Shown: positions 46,988 through 57,386, counted from the first letter of the stretch. The stretch is 64,000 nucleotides of DNA from an uncultured Prevotellaceae bacterium (GCA_900318585.1 ONKY01000033.1:1801-65800); one strand, 5' to 3'. Notes: generated by a model not told the origin, from the sequence alone. Translations and numbers: made by a program.

Positions 46988-48328
46988 ATGAGCAACTATC
47001 AGGTAGTAGACAGATGCGATTTTCAGCCTGGCCATATCATTGATAACACATATACGGTCAAGAAAACCCTCGGCGAGGGTTCCTTCGGTGTGGTCTATCT
47101 CGTAGAGGACCGCCACCGACTGAAATACGCTCTGAAGCTACTGCGCCTATGGGAGGTACCGGCAGAAATCCGGCAGCCGCTGATGGACCGCTTTGAGATG
47201 GAGTTCAAGACAGGACAGATTCCCTGCGAGAACTTGGTGCAGTCGTTAGCATACGGCACCGTGGGCGGGAATCCGTACATCGTCATGGAGTTCTGCCCCG
47301 GCGGTGACCTTGAGCCATGCTTAGGTCATGTGGACTCCAGGACACCCCGCATCTGCCAGGACATTCTGGTAGGCTTGAGTGCCCTTCATGCTCACGGGAA
47401 AGTACACCGCGACCTGAAACCGGAGAACGTCCTATTCAAGGAGAACGGTGCTGCAGCACTAACCGACTTCGGCATTGCCGGAGACCGGACAAACCGGATG
47501 ACACAGCGGAACATCTTCGGCAAACCCAATCAGATATTCGGCACATACGCCTATATGCCGCCTGAGCAGGTCATCCGTGCCCGTGGAGGCGCCACCGTAT
47601 TGCCGACTACCGATATTTTCTCATTTGGCGTGATGGTCTATCAACTGCTCACCGGCGAACTTCCTTTCGGAACTCTGGAGACCCACAATGACTTGGCAGA
47701 ATACCAGATTCGCGGAAAGAACGGCCAGTGGGATCGCAGCCGACTCATGAACGTACCCAATGCCCATCAATGGACACGACTGATTGAAGGCTGTCTGATT
47801 CCTGACTTCAAGATGCGTCTGCAGAGCGTCAGAGACGTGATACAGATGATTCCTGAAGGTGGCTATGTTCCCGCCCAGAGCAACTACGGCCGACAGCAAG
47901 GCGGATACGCCATGCAGCCGCAGGCCAGCACCCCGCCGCCGCAACTGTATTCCTATCAGCCGCAACAGCAGACGCATGGCTACCAGCTACGGGTGATGCA
48001 GGGAGAGCAGTACGGCCGCACCTACGACCTGAGCCAACTGCTGAGACAAGGACGCCGCGTGATGACCGTAGGCCGCGTGGAAGACAATGCCATTTGCATC
48101 AAGTCGGGCCAGATAGACTACCTGTCACGATACCACTGCACCATAGAAGTGGCCGACGGACACTGGGCCGTGCGTGACGGACAGTGGAGGAGCGACCTCC
48201 GACAATGGAGGAATTCCAGCAATGGCACCTACGTCAATTCCCACCCCGTCCTGCAAAGCGGCTATTACCTACAACCGGGCGACATCATCACTATGGGTGA
48301 TGTAACCCTGAGATTCGAGAATTATTAA
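46988..48328 (+). CDS. Soluble Ser/Thr kinase 2 (RD) fused to FHA
   Basis: GEGSFGVV, HRDLKPEN, DFG, YMPPE; FHA VGR..LSRYH..SSNGTYVN; no TM. Confidence 0.93.
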   Translation: MSNYQVVDRCDFQPGHIIDNTYTVKKTLGEGSFGVVYLVEDRHRLKYALKLLRLWEVPAEIRQPLMDRFEMEFKTGQIPCENLVQSLAYGTVGGNPYIVMEFCPGGDLEPCLGHVDSRTPRICQDILVGLSALHAHGKVHRDLKPENVLFKENGAAALTDFGIAGDRTNRMTQRNIFGKPNQIFGTYAYMPPEQVIRARGGATVLPTTDIFSFGVMVYQLLTGELPFGTLETHNDLAEYQIRGKNGQWDRSRLMNVPNAHQWTRLIEGCLIPDFKMRLQSVRDVIQMIPEGGYVPAQSNYGRQQGGYAMQPQASTPPPQLYSYQPQQQTHGYQLRVMQGEQYGRTYDLSQLLRQGRRVMTVGRVEDNAICIKSGQIDYLSRYHCTIEVADGHWAVRDGQWRSDLRQWRNSSNGTYVNSHPVLQSGYYLQPGDIITMGDVTLRFENY

Positions 48329-48365
48329 AGTACCAATAATTATTAACCCTTTAAAAAGTAACATT

Positions 48366-50192
48366 ATGGCAACACAAAATGGTTACAAGCGCACAGTGGC
48401 CGGCTCTGTAGGAGCAGGCATGGGTGCTATCTTCAACGGTTCAGGACGTACTTACTACATCCTGGAACACAAGACTAACTCTAAGTATCACTCTGCAGGC
48501 GAATCGCAGAAGATCATCATCGACCAGGTGGAACTGGGTCGTGACTCTTCATGTCAGGTACGCTTTGACGAGTCATTTGAAACCGTCAGCCGCAAGCACT
48601 GCGCCATCGTTCGCGACGGTCAGAACTGGCAGCTGGTACACCTTTCCACTTCCAACCCCACGCTGGTGAACGGCCGCCCCATCCAGGGCACATACTACCT
48701 GCAGTCGGGCGATGAGATCCAGCTCTCCGTCAACGGTCCGCGCTTAGGCTTTATCCAGCCGCAAGGCAAGCAGGCCCTCACGTCAAGCATCAAGCTGACC
48801 GAGCGTATGAACCTGTTCCGCCAGCAGGCCCTCCGCCCCTATCGCCGCGCTATCTGGGCATTGTCAGCCCTGTTGCTTCTGGCCATCATCGGCTTCGGAG
48901 CATGGAACTACAAGCTCAGCCTTGACAACAAGGAGCTCCGCCAGGAAATGGCTATGTACCAGTCGAAGCTCGACTCACTCTCGGTAGTCAAGCAGAACTT
49001 GATGCAGGAGGAGCAACAGCTCACCGAACAGTTAGAGTCAGCTCCCGCCGGACAGAAGGAGCAGATCCGTCAGCGCATTGTATACGTCAGGAGCCAGCTC
49101 TCCAACGTAGCTAACGAAGCCAGCCGCTATCAGAAGCAACTGGCTGTTGCACGCCAGACGGCCATCGACAACGGACTGGATGAAGATGAGTTCGACCTGC
49201 GTGACAATACTGGAGGGCCCGGCGTGGTCGATCCAGCACGAGAGGGTGAATCGTCGGCTACCGTCGCCAGCATCGGCGATCCCGACATCAACCACAATGT
49301 GGTAGGTCCCGGCACGGCTGTGGCCGGTGAAGCTGCCGCACAGACGGGAGCCTACAACGACAACCCGACGGCACACGGCGACGCCAGTGGTACCATCCGC
49401 GACTACTACAACCACATCTACTCACTGAAGATCCGCCGTATCAGCGTCGAGCGCGATGGCCGCTCCTTCGATCCGGGTATCTCACTCACCGACGTTATCT
49501 GCGGAACCGCCTTCGTACTGAGCAACGGTACGCTGGTCACCGCACGACAGAACATCGAGCCGTGGATCTTCTGGCGCCAGTTAGGTGGCAGATGGCGTGA
49601 GCTGATGGCCAACTACGTAGCCTTAGGCTTCAAGGTCATCATCGAGTACGATGCTTATAGTACAACAGGTACGGCTCATAAGCTGTCGTTCAACAACCTT
49701 GACTTCTTGGTAGACAGAAGCGGTGACGTCAGCGAGGAGACCGTGGAAATCGTGAAGGAGGTTCGCGCCATCCTGAAGGACAACGGTGTGAAAATCACTT
49801 CCAGCGAGCTGCGCGACCGCCGCATCCGCGTGATTACGCCCAGCTCACAGTGCTTCGCTATCCTGCCTGGCAAGGGCGGCGCAGGTATCCCCTACGACGC
49901 AGGTGCATCGCTCGCCAGCGACGGTGGTACAGAAGTACAGGTGGCAGGATTCAAGAACAATCCCGACATCCACAACCTGTCGAACTATATCAGCTACTTC
50001 AAGTCGAGCACATCACGTGCCGACACACGTAACGGTACCATCGTACTGCAGGATGCCAACCGCAACGCCGGTTATCTGGGCTCGCCTGCATTCTTCAAGG
50101 AGAAGGATGGCTCATACCGCGTGATCGGTGTGATGATTGGCCAGCTCTTTGGCGAAGACCGCCTCGTGCCTATCGCAAGATGTAACAAATAA
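48366..50192 (+). CDS. FHA-TM-coiled coil-inactive trypsin-like domain protein
   Basis: FHA LGRD..VSRKH..NPTLVNG; TM AIWALSALLLLAIIGFGAW; GTAFVLSNGTLVTARQN and GYLGSPAF..VIGV. Confidence 0.8.
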   Translation: MATQNGYKRTVAGSVGAGMGAIFNGSGRTYYILEHKTNSKYHSAGESQKIIIDQVELGRDSSCQVRFDESFETVSRKHCAIVRDGQNWQLVHLSTSNPTLVNGRPIQGTYYLQSGDEIQLSVNGPRLGFIQPQGKQALTSSIKLTERMNLFRQQALRPYRRAIWALSALLLLAIIGFGAWNYKLSLDNKELRQEMAMYQSKLDSLSVVKQNLMQEEQQLTEQLESAPAGQKEQIRQRIVYVRSQLSNVANEASRYQKQLAVARQTAIDNGLDEDEFDLRDNTGGPGVVDPAREGESSATVASIGDPDINHNVVGPGTAVAGEAAAQTGAYNDNPTAHGDASGTIRDYYNHIYSLKIRRISVERDGRSFDPGISLTDVICGTAFVLSNGTLVTARQNIEPWIFWRQLGGRWRELMANYVALGFKVIIEYDAYSTTGTAHKLSFNNLDFLVDRSGDVSEETVEIVKEVRAILKDNGVKITSSELRDRRIRVITPSSQCFAILPGKGGAGIPYDAGASLASDGGTEVQVAGFKNNPDIHNLSNYISYFKSSTSRADTRNGTIVLQDANRNAGYLGSPAFFKEKDGSYRVIGVMIGQLFGEDRLVPIARCNK

Positions 50193-50201
50193 CAGAAAAC
50201 T

Positions 50202-51632
50202 ATGTCAGAAGTGAAATTCAAGCTGGCAGCGGGCACAAATGTAGGACTCATCCGCACTAACAATGAAGACAACTTCGTTGTGTGCCCCGACCTCAGCACA
50301 TCGCAATGGCTCATCCCCCAGGACGGCGAATTCGCCGACCTGGGGCCTTACGGAGCCTTGCTCGTGGTGGCCGACGGCATGGGCGGCGCCAACGCTGGAG
50401 AAGTGGCCTCGGCCATTGCAGTCCAGACCATACAGGAGATATTTGTTCCCAACACATTGAAAAGTATTGTGGGTGACGAGAAAGCCATCCAGAAATTCAT
50501 GTCAGATGTGGTAAAAGCTGCCGACTTGAAGATTCTGAACCGAAGCACCACAGACAGCAACACCCGGGGCATGGGCACAACCGTGGTCATGGCCTGGATA
50601 CTTGGCACCCGTGCCTATGTTTGCTGGTGTGGCGACAGCAGATGCTACGCCTTGAGTCGGCGCAACAATCAGCTGATTCAGGTTTCAAAGGATCATTCCT
50701 ACGTACAGGAACTGGTGGATAGAGGGGAATTGGCTCCAGAATATATGCACGACCACCCGCTGTCAAACGTCATCACCCGCTGCCTGGGTGACACCGAGAA
50801 ACGGGCACAACCTGAGACCCGTGTTTTTGAACTATATGACGGCGACACCATCCTGCTCTGTAGCGACGGTCTTTCCGGCCTGATCTATGATGAACACATT
50901 GCCGCAATCCTCAGTGAGTTTAACGAGCATCCCATGGAATGCAAGAATGAACTGATCTCTGCTGCCCTCAACAATGGAGGGCACGACAATGTGACCGTGG
51001 CTATCTGCACCGTCAAGATGGGTGACGCCAGCATTGCTCCCCACCACCCCGCTACGCCCACGTCTTTCACCACAGAGAAAGAAGAGCTGCGGGCAACAGT
51101 GATTCCCGTTCCCATTGCTGAGCCGGAACATGACATCAAAGAAGAGCCCGTTCCCAGCTCGGCACCAGAAGCAGAGCCAAAGCAAGAAGCAGAGGCGAAG
51201 CCTGAGCCAGAGCAAAAGGCTGAGCCTGCACCAAAAGCAGAAAGCACTCCCAAGCCTGAACCTCAACCTGTCAAGGAAGAGAAAAAGGAAGAAGGCGTGA
51301 AGGACGACAGCAAGGCACAGAAGGCCCCTGACGCTCAAGAGAAAGAGCAGAAAGAGGAAGCCAAAGGAGAAGCTGGGAAAGAGGAGCAGAAAGCAGAACC
51401 TGAAAAGAAGGAACTACAAAAGGAGGAAGAGACGGAAAAGCCAGAACCAGAGCAAGGTGAAAAGACAGAGAGTAAGAAGGAAAAGAGTAAGGTGAAAATC
51501 TTCCTCCTCGTTCTGCTTCTTCTGATCATCGCTGCCGTTTGCTGTATCTATCTGATTCCTGCAGCTGAACCTATCAGACATTTTATTTCAGAATTCATCA
51601 ACAATTTATCCCAAAATCTTAAAAGAAAATGA
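50202..51632 (+). CDS. PP2C/PPM Ser/Thr phosphatase with C-terminal membrane anchor
   Basis: GLIRTNNED, VADGMGG, GDSR, CSDGL, GGHDNVT; E/K/P-rich linker; TM IFLLVLLLLIIAAVCCIYLI. Confidence 0.93.
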   Translation: MSEVKFKLAAGTNVGLIRTNNEDNFVVCPDLSTSQWLIPQDGEFADLGPYGALLVVADGMGGANAGEVASAIAVQTIQEIFVPNTLKSIVGDEKAIQKFMSDVVKAADLKILNRSTTDSNTRGMGTTVVMAWILGTRAYVCWCGDSRCYALSRRNNQLIQVSKDHSYVQELVDRGELAPEYMHDHPLSNVITRCLGDTEKRAQPETRVFELYDGDTILLCSDGLSGLIYDEHIAAILSEFNEHPMECKNELISAALNNGGHDNVTVAICTVKMGDASIAPHHPATPTSFTTEKEELRATVIPVPIAEPEHDIKEEPVPSSAPEAEPKQEAEAKPEPEQKAEPAPKAESTPKPEPQPVKEEKKEEGVKDDSKAQKAPDAQEKEQKEEAKGEAGKEEQKAEPEKKELQKEEETEKPEPEQGEKTESKKEKSKVKIFLLVLLLLIIAAVCCIYLIPAAEPIRHFISEFINNLSQNLKRK

Positions 51633-51901
51633 AAACATTATTTTTTTCTATAGTTGCCATCGCCATGATGGGAATCGCTTCCGTATCATGCGCCAGTCAT
51701 ACAACCTACCGTACCTATGGTGACGCCCCGACATACGAGACATCGGGCACATGGAAGCGCTGCATCGCCTGTGACGGAAAAGGCTCTTGCGCACCCTGTA
51801 AGGGTACTGGACGCATCAGTGGCGACGCCTGCCGCAATTGTAAAGGTTCAGGAAAGTGCCCCACCTGCAAGGGTAACGGCGGCTACTACGTAGACAATTA
51901 A
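51629..51901 (+). CDS. Small lipoprotein with DnaJ-type CxxCxGxG zinc finger (x4)
   Basis: Lipobox SVSC; CIACDGKG, CAPCKGTG, CRNCKGSG, CPTCKGNG. Confidence 0.8.
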   Translation: MKTLFFSIVAIAMMGIASVSCASHTTYRTYGDAPTYETSGTWKRCIACDGKGSCAPCKGTGRISGDACRNCKGSGKCPTCKGNGGYYVDN

Positions 51902-51908
51902 TACACCA

Positions 51909-51947
51909 CTGGTGGGGCGGGAACAAACTTGTTCCCCGCCCCATCAG
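51909..51947 (+). other. Intra-operon GC-rich hairpin
   Basis: ctggtggggcgggaacaa-ac-ttgttccccgccccatcag; no U tract. Confidence 0.6.
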
Positions 51948-51961
51948 GATTCTATTTGAAA

Positions 51962-53479
51962 ATGCAACTCACTGAAGGAACCATTGTCGCTAAGCACTAC
52001 TGCCTGCTGAGGCCCATAGGCCAAGGCAGCTTTGGTGAAGTATGGCTGGCTCACAATGATCTGGCCGATATTGATGTGGCTATCAAGTTCTATGGAGCCT
52101 TAGACTCCCAAGGTCTGGAAGACCTGCGCAATGAGTTCAAGATTGCTTTTCAGCTAAACCATCCAAACCTATTGAGCGTCAGTCATTTTGACGTTGAAGA
52201 CAATTGTCCTTTTCTGGTGATGCCCTACTGTCCGAACGGTTCAGTCAGGAGAAGAGCAGGAAAGATGGAGGAACACGAGATTTGGGAATTCATCCGCGAT
52301 GTCGCCTCCGGCCTCGCATTTCTCCACAGCCAGTATCCGCCCATCGTACATCAGGACATCAAACCAGACAATATCCTCATGGCTGCCGACGGCCGATACG
52401 TCATCTCTGACTTTGGCATCAGCCGCAGCATCCAGACACGCATGAGCCGGACAGCCAACAGCTTCTCCAGTTCTGGAACAATCGCCTACATGGGGCCAGA
52501 ACGGTTCTCGGAAGAACCGCGAACCGTCTTGGCCAGTGACGTATGGGCATTAGGCATGACCATCTACGAAGTAGCGACTGGCGACGTCCTCTGGGGAGGC
52601 ATGGGTGGCTGTGTACAGCTGAACGGAGCACGCATACCCATACTTAGCGGACAATTCTCACAGGAGTTGTCCGAGCTTGTCAAAGCCTGTCTGGACTTAG
52701 AGACTCGGAACCGCCCGACTGCAAAAGACGTGCAGGAGTATGCCAGCGACATGTTAGAGGGAAACATAACCTCCCTTACGCATAGACAGCAGTCGCTTGC
52801 CTACACGCCGACACCGGCTTATATCCCCCGACAAGAATGGGAAGAGACAAACGCTCAGACGCCCTCGCATAACAACTTCAATACCAACAACTACGGTACT
52901 GGCCAAAGCAAGCCAAGTATCAGCACTACTACAGGAAACTCATCGTTATTTCAGTTTCCCAAGATCAACACAGAGCGCATTGCTATTGGTGCAATCATAG
53001 CGCTCGCATGCATTGTCATCGGCGCAGGTATCTATGTATTCATAGATCTTAATAGCAATAATATAGCGGAAAAAACATCGCCAGAGAATACGGTACTAAT
53101 GGAACAACAGAACCAACAATCGACAGCTCCGGAAAAACAAGAGAAAAAACAAACCGACAAGCAGGAACGCCAAAAGAAAAAAAACGCCACACCTGCATCG
53201 GTTATCATATATACGGATGCCCCTGCCGCCAAGGCAACCAAAAAGAGCAAACAGAAAGCCGCTACCGGTAGCACTTTAGAGGATGACCTGCTGTTCAGCA
53301 AATGCAAGACAGTAGCCGACTATAACCTCTACCTGTCAGAATACCCCAACGGGCGCCACCGTGCCCAGGCAAAGGCTGCCATTCAGGAGGTACAACAACA
53401 GTACGACCGCATCAATAATTCCCTGCCTTCAGGCAGCAGAAGACCCCACAAGTCATTAAGAACCCAAACATACCAATAA
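51962..53479 (+). CDS. Membrane Ser/Thr kinase 3 (non-RD)
   Basis: GQGSFGEV, VAIK, HQDIKPDN, DFG, YMGPE; TM IAIGAIIALACIVIGAGIYVFI; YLSEYPNGRH motif. Start placed at MQLTEG. Confidence 0.92.
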   Translation: MQLTEGTIVAKHYCLLRPIGQGSFGEVWLAHNDLADIDVAIKFYGALDSQGLEDLRNEFKIAFQLNHPNLLSVSHFDVEDNCPFLVMPYCPNGSVRRRAGKMEEHEIWEFIRDVASGLAFLHSQYPPIVHQDIKPDNILMAADGRYVISDFGISRSIQTRMSRTANSFSSSGTIAYMGPERFSEEPRTVLASDVWALGMTIYEVATGDVLWGGMGGCVQLNGARIPILSGQFSQELSELVKACLDLETRNRPTAKDVQEYASDMLEGNITSLTHRQQSLAYTPTPAYIPRQEWEETNAQTPSHNNFNTNNYGTGQSKPSISTTTGNSSLFQFPKINTERIAIGAIIALACIVIGAGIYVFIDLNSNNIAEKTSPENTVLMEQQNQQSTAPEKQEKKQTDKQERQKKKNATPASVIIYTDAPAAKATKKSKQKAATGSTLEDDLLFSKCKTVADYNLYLSEYPNGRHRAQAKAAIQEVQQQYDRINNSLPSGSRRPHKSLRTQTYQ

Positions 53480-53488
53480 ACACTAATT

Positions 53489-55168
53489 ATGGAAGAGCTG
53501 TTTTATAATAGATACAGAAAAGAAAAACTCATTGGCCGCGGAGCCTTCAGCGAGGTATGGATGGTGACTGATACGCTCACAGGAGTGACTCAGGCATTGA
53601 AGATATACTCTCCCTCGTCAAAGATGGAAGATGACGGCATAGAGATGATGGTTCATGAGTTTGCCCTCATGGCCAATGTGAACCACCAGAACTTGCTCCA
53701 TCCCCTGTCGTTCGACATCTGTGACAGTCGTCCTTTCCTGGTGTTACCCTTCTGTAAGAACGGAAATATCAACCGCAAGATAGGCAAGTTCACGGAGAAA
53801 GAAGCATGGGAGTTACTGCGGGATACTGCCAATGCGCTGGCCTATCTGCACGCCATGGAACCTCCTGTGATTCATCAGGACATCAAGCCTGCCAACATCC
53901 TGATTTCCGATGACGGCTCATACATGCTGACCGACTTCGGCGTAAGCACCAAAGCCAAGTCCACCATGAGTAGGCTCTCAGCAGAAGACAAATCCCTGCT
54001 GTCGGCTGGCACGCTGTCGTACATGGCTCCAGAGAAGTTCTCATCAAACAATCTGCCCATCATGGCCAACGACATATTCTCGCTCGGCTCTACCGTCTAT
54101 GAGATGCTTACCGGCTACCTTCCCTTCGGCAACGAGGGTGGACTGCTACAGAAAATGGGGGCCGACATTCCTGAGTTACAGGGAGATTACTCTTCTGAAC
54201 TAAAGGAGGTGCTAAAAGAATGTCTGGCCAAGGAGCCGTGGGAACGTCCCTCTGCCAAGGATCTGGCAAAGTTCGCGACTAATATGGTGGAAGGGAAACC
54301 CGTTGACTTCAAGACACAAGACATCACGCCGGAGCCACAGCCTGTAGAACAGCCTGTGCAACAGCCGGAAGCGAAGCCTGCTCCTCAGCAGCCGGAGCCA
54401 CAAGCCATACCACAGATTGAGCCGCAGCCTGGACAACAACCACAGCCTATACAGCCGGAGCCACGACCTATCCAGCAACCTGAGCCGCAGCCAGTGCCAC
54501 AGTTAGAAGAGGAGCAGCCGATTATGACTGGCTATCCCTCTGCACCGTTGTCTTCTGGTGGTTCTGGCAAGAAGATTGCCCTAATAGCAGCCATTGCCAT
54601 CCTGTTGATAGGTGCAGGAGCTGGCCTTTGGTGGTTCTTTAGTAAGGATAAGGCAGAAAAGCCTACAATGGAGATGACTGATACCCAAGAAGACACCTCC
54701 ATTGAAGACGCGACAGGCACGGTAGACCTGATACCAGAAGCGCAAGAGGCTTCGGAGGCTAATCAAGAGGCTTTGGAGGCAGAGCCACTCATTACAGAAG
54801 AAGAGGCTAAGCCTACACCACCTGCCAAGACTACAGAGGAGAAAGTGACCGAGACAAAGCCCAAGAAGGAAGATACGAAAAAGGCAGAATCAGTTAAGCC
54901 GGACAAACAGGAACAGCCTGTCGAACAGCCAAAGCCAAAAGGTGGAAATCTCAGCTACGGCTCGTGGAGTGGAAAAGTTGCCGGTGGCAAGCCTGATGGC
55001 ATCGGAATGCTGACATTCACTTCAGCACACTCCTTCAAATGTGGAAACGGCAAGACGATTACCCCACAAGCCGGTGATAAGCTGACAAATGCCGAATTCG
55101 AGAATGGAATACTTTATCAAGCAACATGGAATAAGAGTAATGGAGCAACAGAAACGATATTACCATAG
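53489..55168 (+). CDS. Membrane Ser/Thr kinase 4 (non-RD)
   Basis: GRGAFSEV, HQDIKPAN, DFG, YMAPE; PQ/E linker; TM; C-terminal WSG...GKPDGIG (MORN-like) domain. Confidence 0.92.
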   Translation: MEELFYNRYRKEKLIGRGAFSEVWMVTDTLTGVTQALKIYSPSSKMEDDGIEMMVHEFALMANVNHQNLLHPLSFDICDSRPFLVLPFCKNGNINRKIGKFTEKEAWELLRDTANALAYLHAMEPPVIHQDIKPANILISDDGSYMLTDFGVSTKAKSTMSRLSAEDKSLLSAGTLSYMAPEKFSSNNLPIMANDIFSLGSTVYEMLTGYLPFGNEGGLLQKMGADIPELQGDYSSELKEVLKECLAKEPWERPSAKDLAKFATNMVEGKPVDFKTQDITPEPQPVEQPVQQPEAKPAPQQPEPQAIPQIEPQPGQQPQPIQPEPRPIQQPEPQPVPQLEEEQPIMTGYPSAPLSSGGSGKKIALIAAIAILLIGAGAGLWWFFSKDKAEKPTMEMTDTQEDTSIEDATGTVDLIPEAQEASEANQEALEAEPLITEEEAKPTPPAKTTEEKVTETKPKKEDTKKAESVKPDKQEQPVEQPKPKGGNLSYGSWSGKVAGGKPDGIGMLTFTSAHSFKCGNGKTITPQAGDKLTNAEFENGILYQATWNKSNGATETILP

Positions 55169-56321
55169 TCTGGCTATCAGGTATCTTATCCTCGTTTGGC
55201 TACTGCTATCAGCGACAGTAGCCAGTGCACAGTATCGTTCATCCCTGCTTGAGAAAGCCGCCTCAGCGTTAGGCATCCAGACAGAGATAGACGAGATGAC
55301 AGCTGGCGACATCTCTGAACTGAGCTGTGACCAAGGAATCAGAGTAATTGTCAGGAAAGATGAGACTGGACAGGTTGTCCACATCGGCCTTCCTCTTTTC
55401 AGTCAGGAGATTCGGCAGCAGCTGCCCTCACCCGTCTACGACTGTCTGGAGTATGCTGCACTTGACCGCCGCCTTCAGCTATCGGAGAACGACCTGCTTA
55501 TCCAGAAGATACGATTCTTCAAAGGTTCCTGGCAAACCGTCTACAACATGGAGGGCACTGACGGCTGTAGCATTAGCGTTGTCAACAATAAGCACTACGT
55601 AGTCACCTGGAAACGCGATGGCGAAGAAGTGGCACAAGTTGTGGTTCCCATGGACTATGAGCTGCTGAATCATTGTAATCGTCGTGAGTTGGAGCTCAGC
55701 TTTGCGCGCAACCTGAAAATCGACAGGTCGTTAGCCCGCCCAGACTTTCATATTAACGAAGAACTTCTTCACAAGTACGGAGATACCGACTTCTATGTCT
55801 TACCTGGTGACACATTCCTGTTAGCATCGCTGAACCGCAACACCTACTACCAGATGAAGACCGTATCCCAGACGGTAGATAACATCACATACGAGGAGGA
55901 ACGCCTCTTTATCCTCATCGACCGTAACCACCCGGGAGAGACACTGGCCAACCTGCTGATCAGTACTGATCCGCAAGTGCCTGACGCATTGATAGAGTTG
56001 GAAATCCAACTAAGCAACTACAACAAGCAAACACTCACCGTATCACTCCGTCAGTTAATGTACTACTGCCAGAGTCAGGGCTGTACGCCCTACTTCACTT
56101 ATGACAACAACGACGGGAATACAGTTTCCGGCTCCCTGCTCATGCGCAACTCCGGAGAGAGATACAATCACCTGATCAATCTTACTTGTAGCACAGACGA
56201 CCTGGTCAGTGATGTTCCTTCATTCAAAGGCAAGGCCTACCTTTTTATTCCCACCGTAGACGCCACAAAGCTATTCGGAAAGGGTGCACTAATGAAATCG
56301 GGTATGAAAATAGAGAAATAA
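55140..56321 (+). CDS. Exported hypothetical protein
   Basis: Signal peptide ending ATVASA-Q; overlaps the kinase 4 stop; exact start uncertain. Confidence 0.7.
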   Translation: MEQQKRYYHSLAIRYLILVWLLLSATVASAQYRSSLLEKAASALGIQTEIDEMTAGDISELSCDQGIRVIVRKDETGQVVHIGLPLFSQEIRQQLPSPVYDCLEYAALDRRLQLSENDLLIQKIRFFKGSWQTVYNMEGTDGCSISVVNNKHYVVTWKRDGEEVAQVVVPMDYELLNHCNRRELELSFARNLKIDRSLARPDFHINEELLHKYGDTDFYVLPGDTFLLASLNRNTYYQMKTVSQTVDNITYEEERLFILIDRNHPGETLANLLISTDPQVPDALIELEIQLSNYNKQTLTVSLRQLMYYCQSQGCTPYFTYDNNDGNTVSGSLLMRNSGERYNHLINLTCSTDDLVSDVPSFKGKAYLFIPTVDATKLFGKGALMKSGMKIEK

Positions 56322-56330
56322 AAAAAGACT

Positions 56331-57386
56331 ATGAGAATCAATTGTTATTATAAGGTTCGCGTAAAAGTGATGGCAATCCTGTTATTACACATTCTTGCCG
56401 TATTACCTTCCCAGGCACAAACTCCGGTGGAAAAGATGAACGAAATAAAGATGTCTACAGGATATATTTGGGACGAGTATACCCATCCTGATGCTGACAC
56501 TGCTACAGTCGGGGCGATGCGTCGTCTGCTACTCTATATCGAAGTGCCTTCTGGTCAGGCATTAGACGTTGAAGACATCAAGCCCAGCACGAAGTTTATC
56601 AAAATCAAACGATCTAACCTGACACGCATTTTTGCATATATTAAAAAGGAAGATGCACAGAAGATTGCAATGGCTGGTCCTGGAAATAAAGGGGCAGCAG
56701 GACAGTCTTCGGCAGTAGAATCACCCAAGACGGAACAAGCATCTGCCGTCAAGGAAGCACCTGTAGAGGAGAAAGCCACAAAGGCTGAGAAGGCTGCTAA
56801 AACAAAAGAAAAGTCCAAGGAAAAGAAAGCAAAGGCCGAAAAGGCTCCAAAGGAAGAAAAAGCACCAAAGGCTGAGAAGGTAAAGGAGTCCCGCAAAGCA
56901 AAGAAGACGAATGCTAAGGAAGCTCCAGTAGATGCCCCGTCGGCACCTGCTGTCCAGGAGACACCCACTGTCCAGGAGGCTCCAGCGACCACTCAGGCTC
57001 CTGCCGCACAAGCGACTCCAGTTACCAAGGAAGCTCCGAAGGTTGTTGAAGCGCCCAAAGTGGTAGAGGCTCCACAGAAGAATTCAAAGGTATTCGCCAT
57101 TGCACAAAAGATCATGGACATCGCTGACTTCTATCAAGTCTACGAATACCTACAGAATAGTCAGAAGAACGGAACCATCGATTCCTTTGGTGCGCCGAAG
57201 AATGCGCCCAACATGGCCGAGTGCAACGTGGCTGTCTTCAAGAAGGGAGCCAAAAGGATTGCCTGCGTGCTTTCCACTTCAGCAAACGGTGAAACAAGAA
57301 GGAATCTGACAACTGGAGAAATTGACAGCATCAGTAATTACCAGGATGGCAACTACACTGCTATCTGGTTCAAGATAAAGGAATAG
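56331..57386 (+). CDS. Exported two-domain hypothetical protein with K/A/E-rich linker
   Basis: Signal peptide ..PSQA-Q; long KAEKAPKE tract. Confidence 0.75.
   Translation: MRINCYYKVRVKVMAILLLHILAVLPSQAQTPVEKMNEIKMSTGYIWDEYTHPDADTATVGAMRRLLLYIEVPSGQALDVEDIKPSTKFIKIKRSNLTRIFAYIKKEDAQKIAMAGPGNKGAAGQSSAVESPKTEQASAVKEAPVEEKATKAEKAAKTKEKSKEKKAKAEKAPKEEKAPKAEKVKESRKAKKTNAKEAPVDAPSAPAVQETPTVQEAPATTQAPAAQATPVTKEAPKVVEAPKVVEAPQKNSKVFAIAQKIMDIADFYQVYEYLQNSQKNGTIDSFGAPKNAPNMAECNVAVFKKGAKRIACVLSTSANGETRRNLTTGEIDSISNYQDGNYTAIWFKIKE

Noticed and set aside
43297-55168. T6SS regulatory module or TerY-P triad
   Set aside because: No Tss, Hcp, VgrG or vWA genes in the window.
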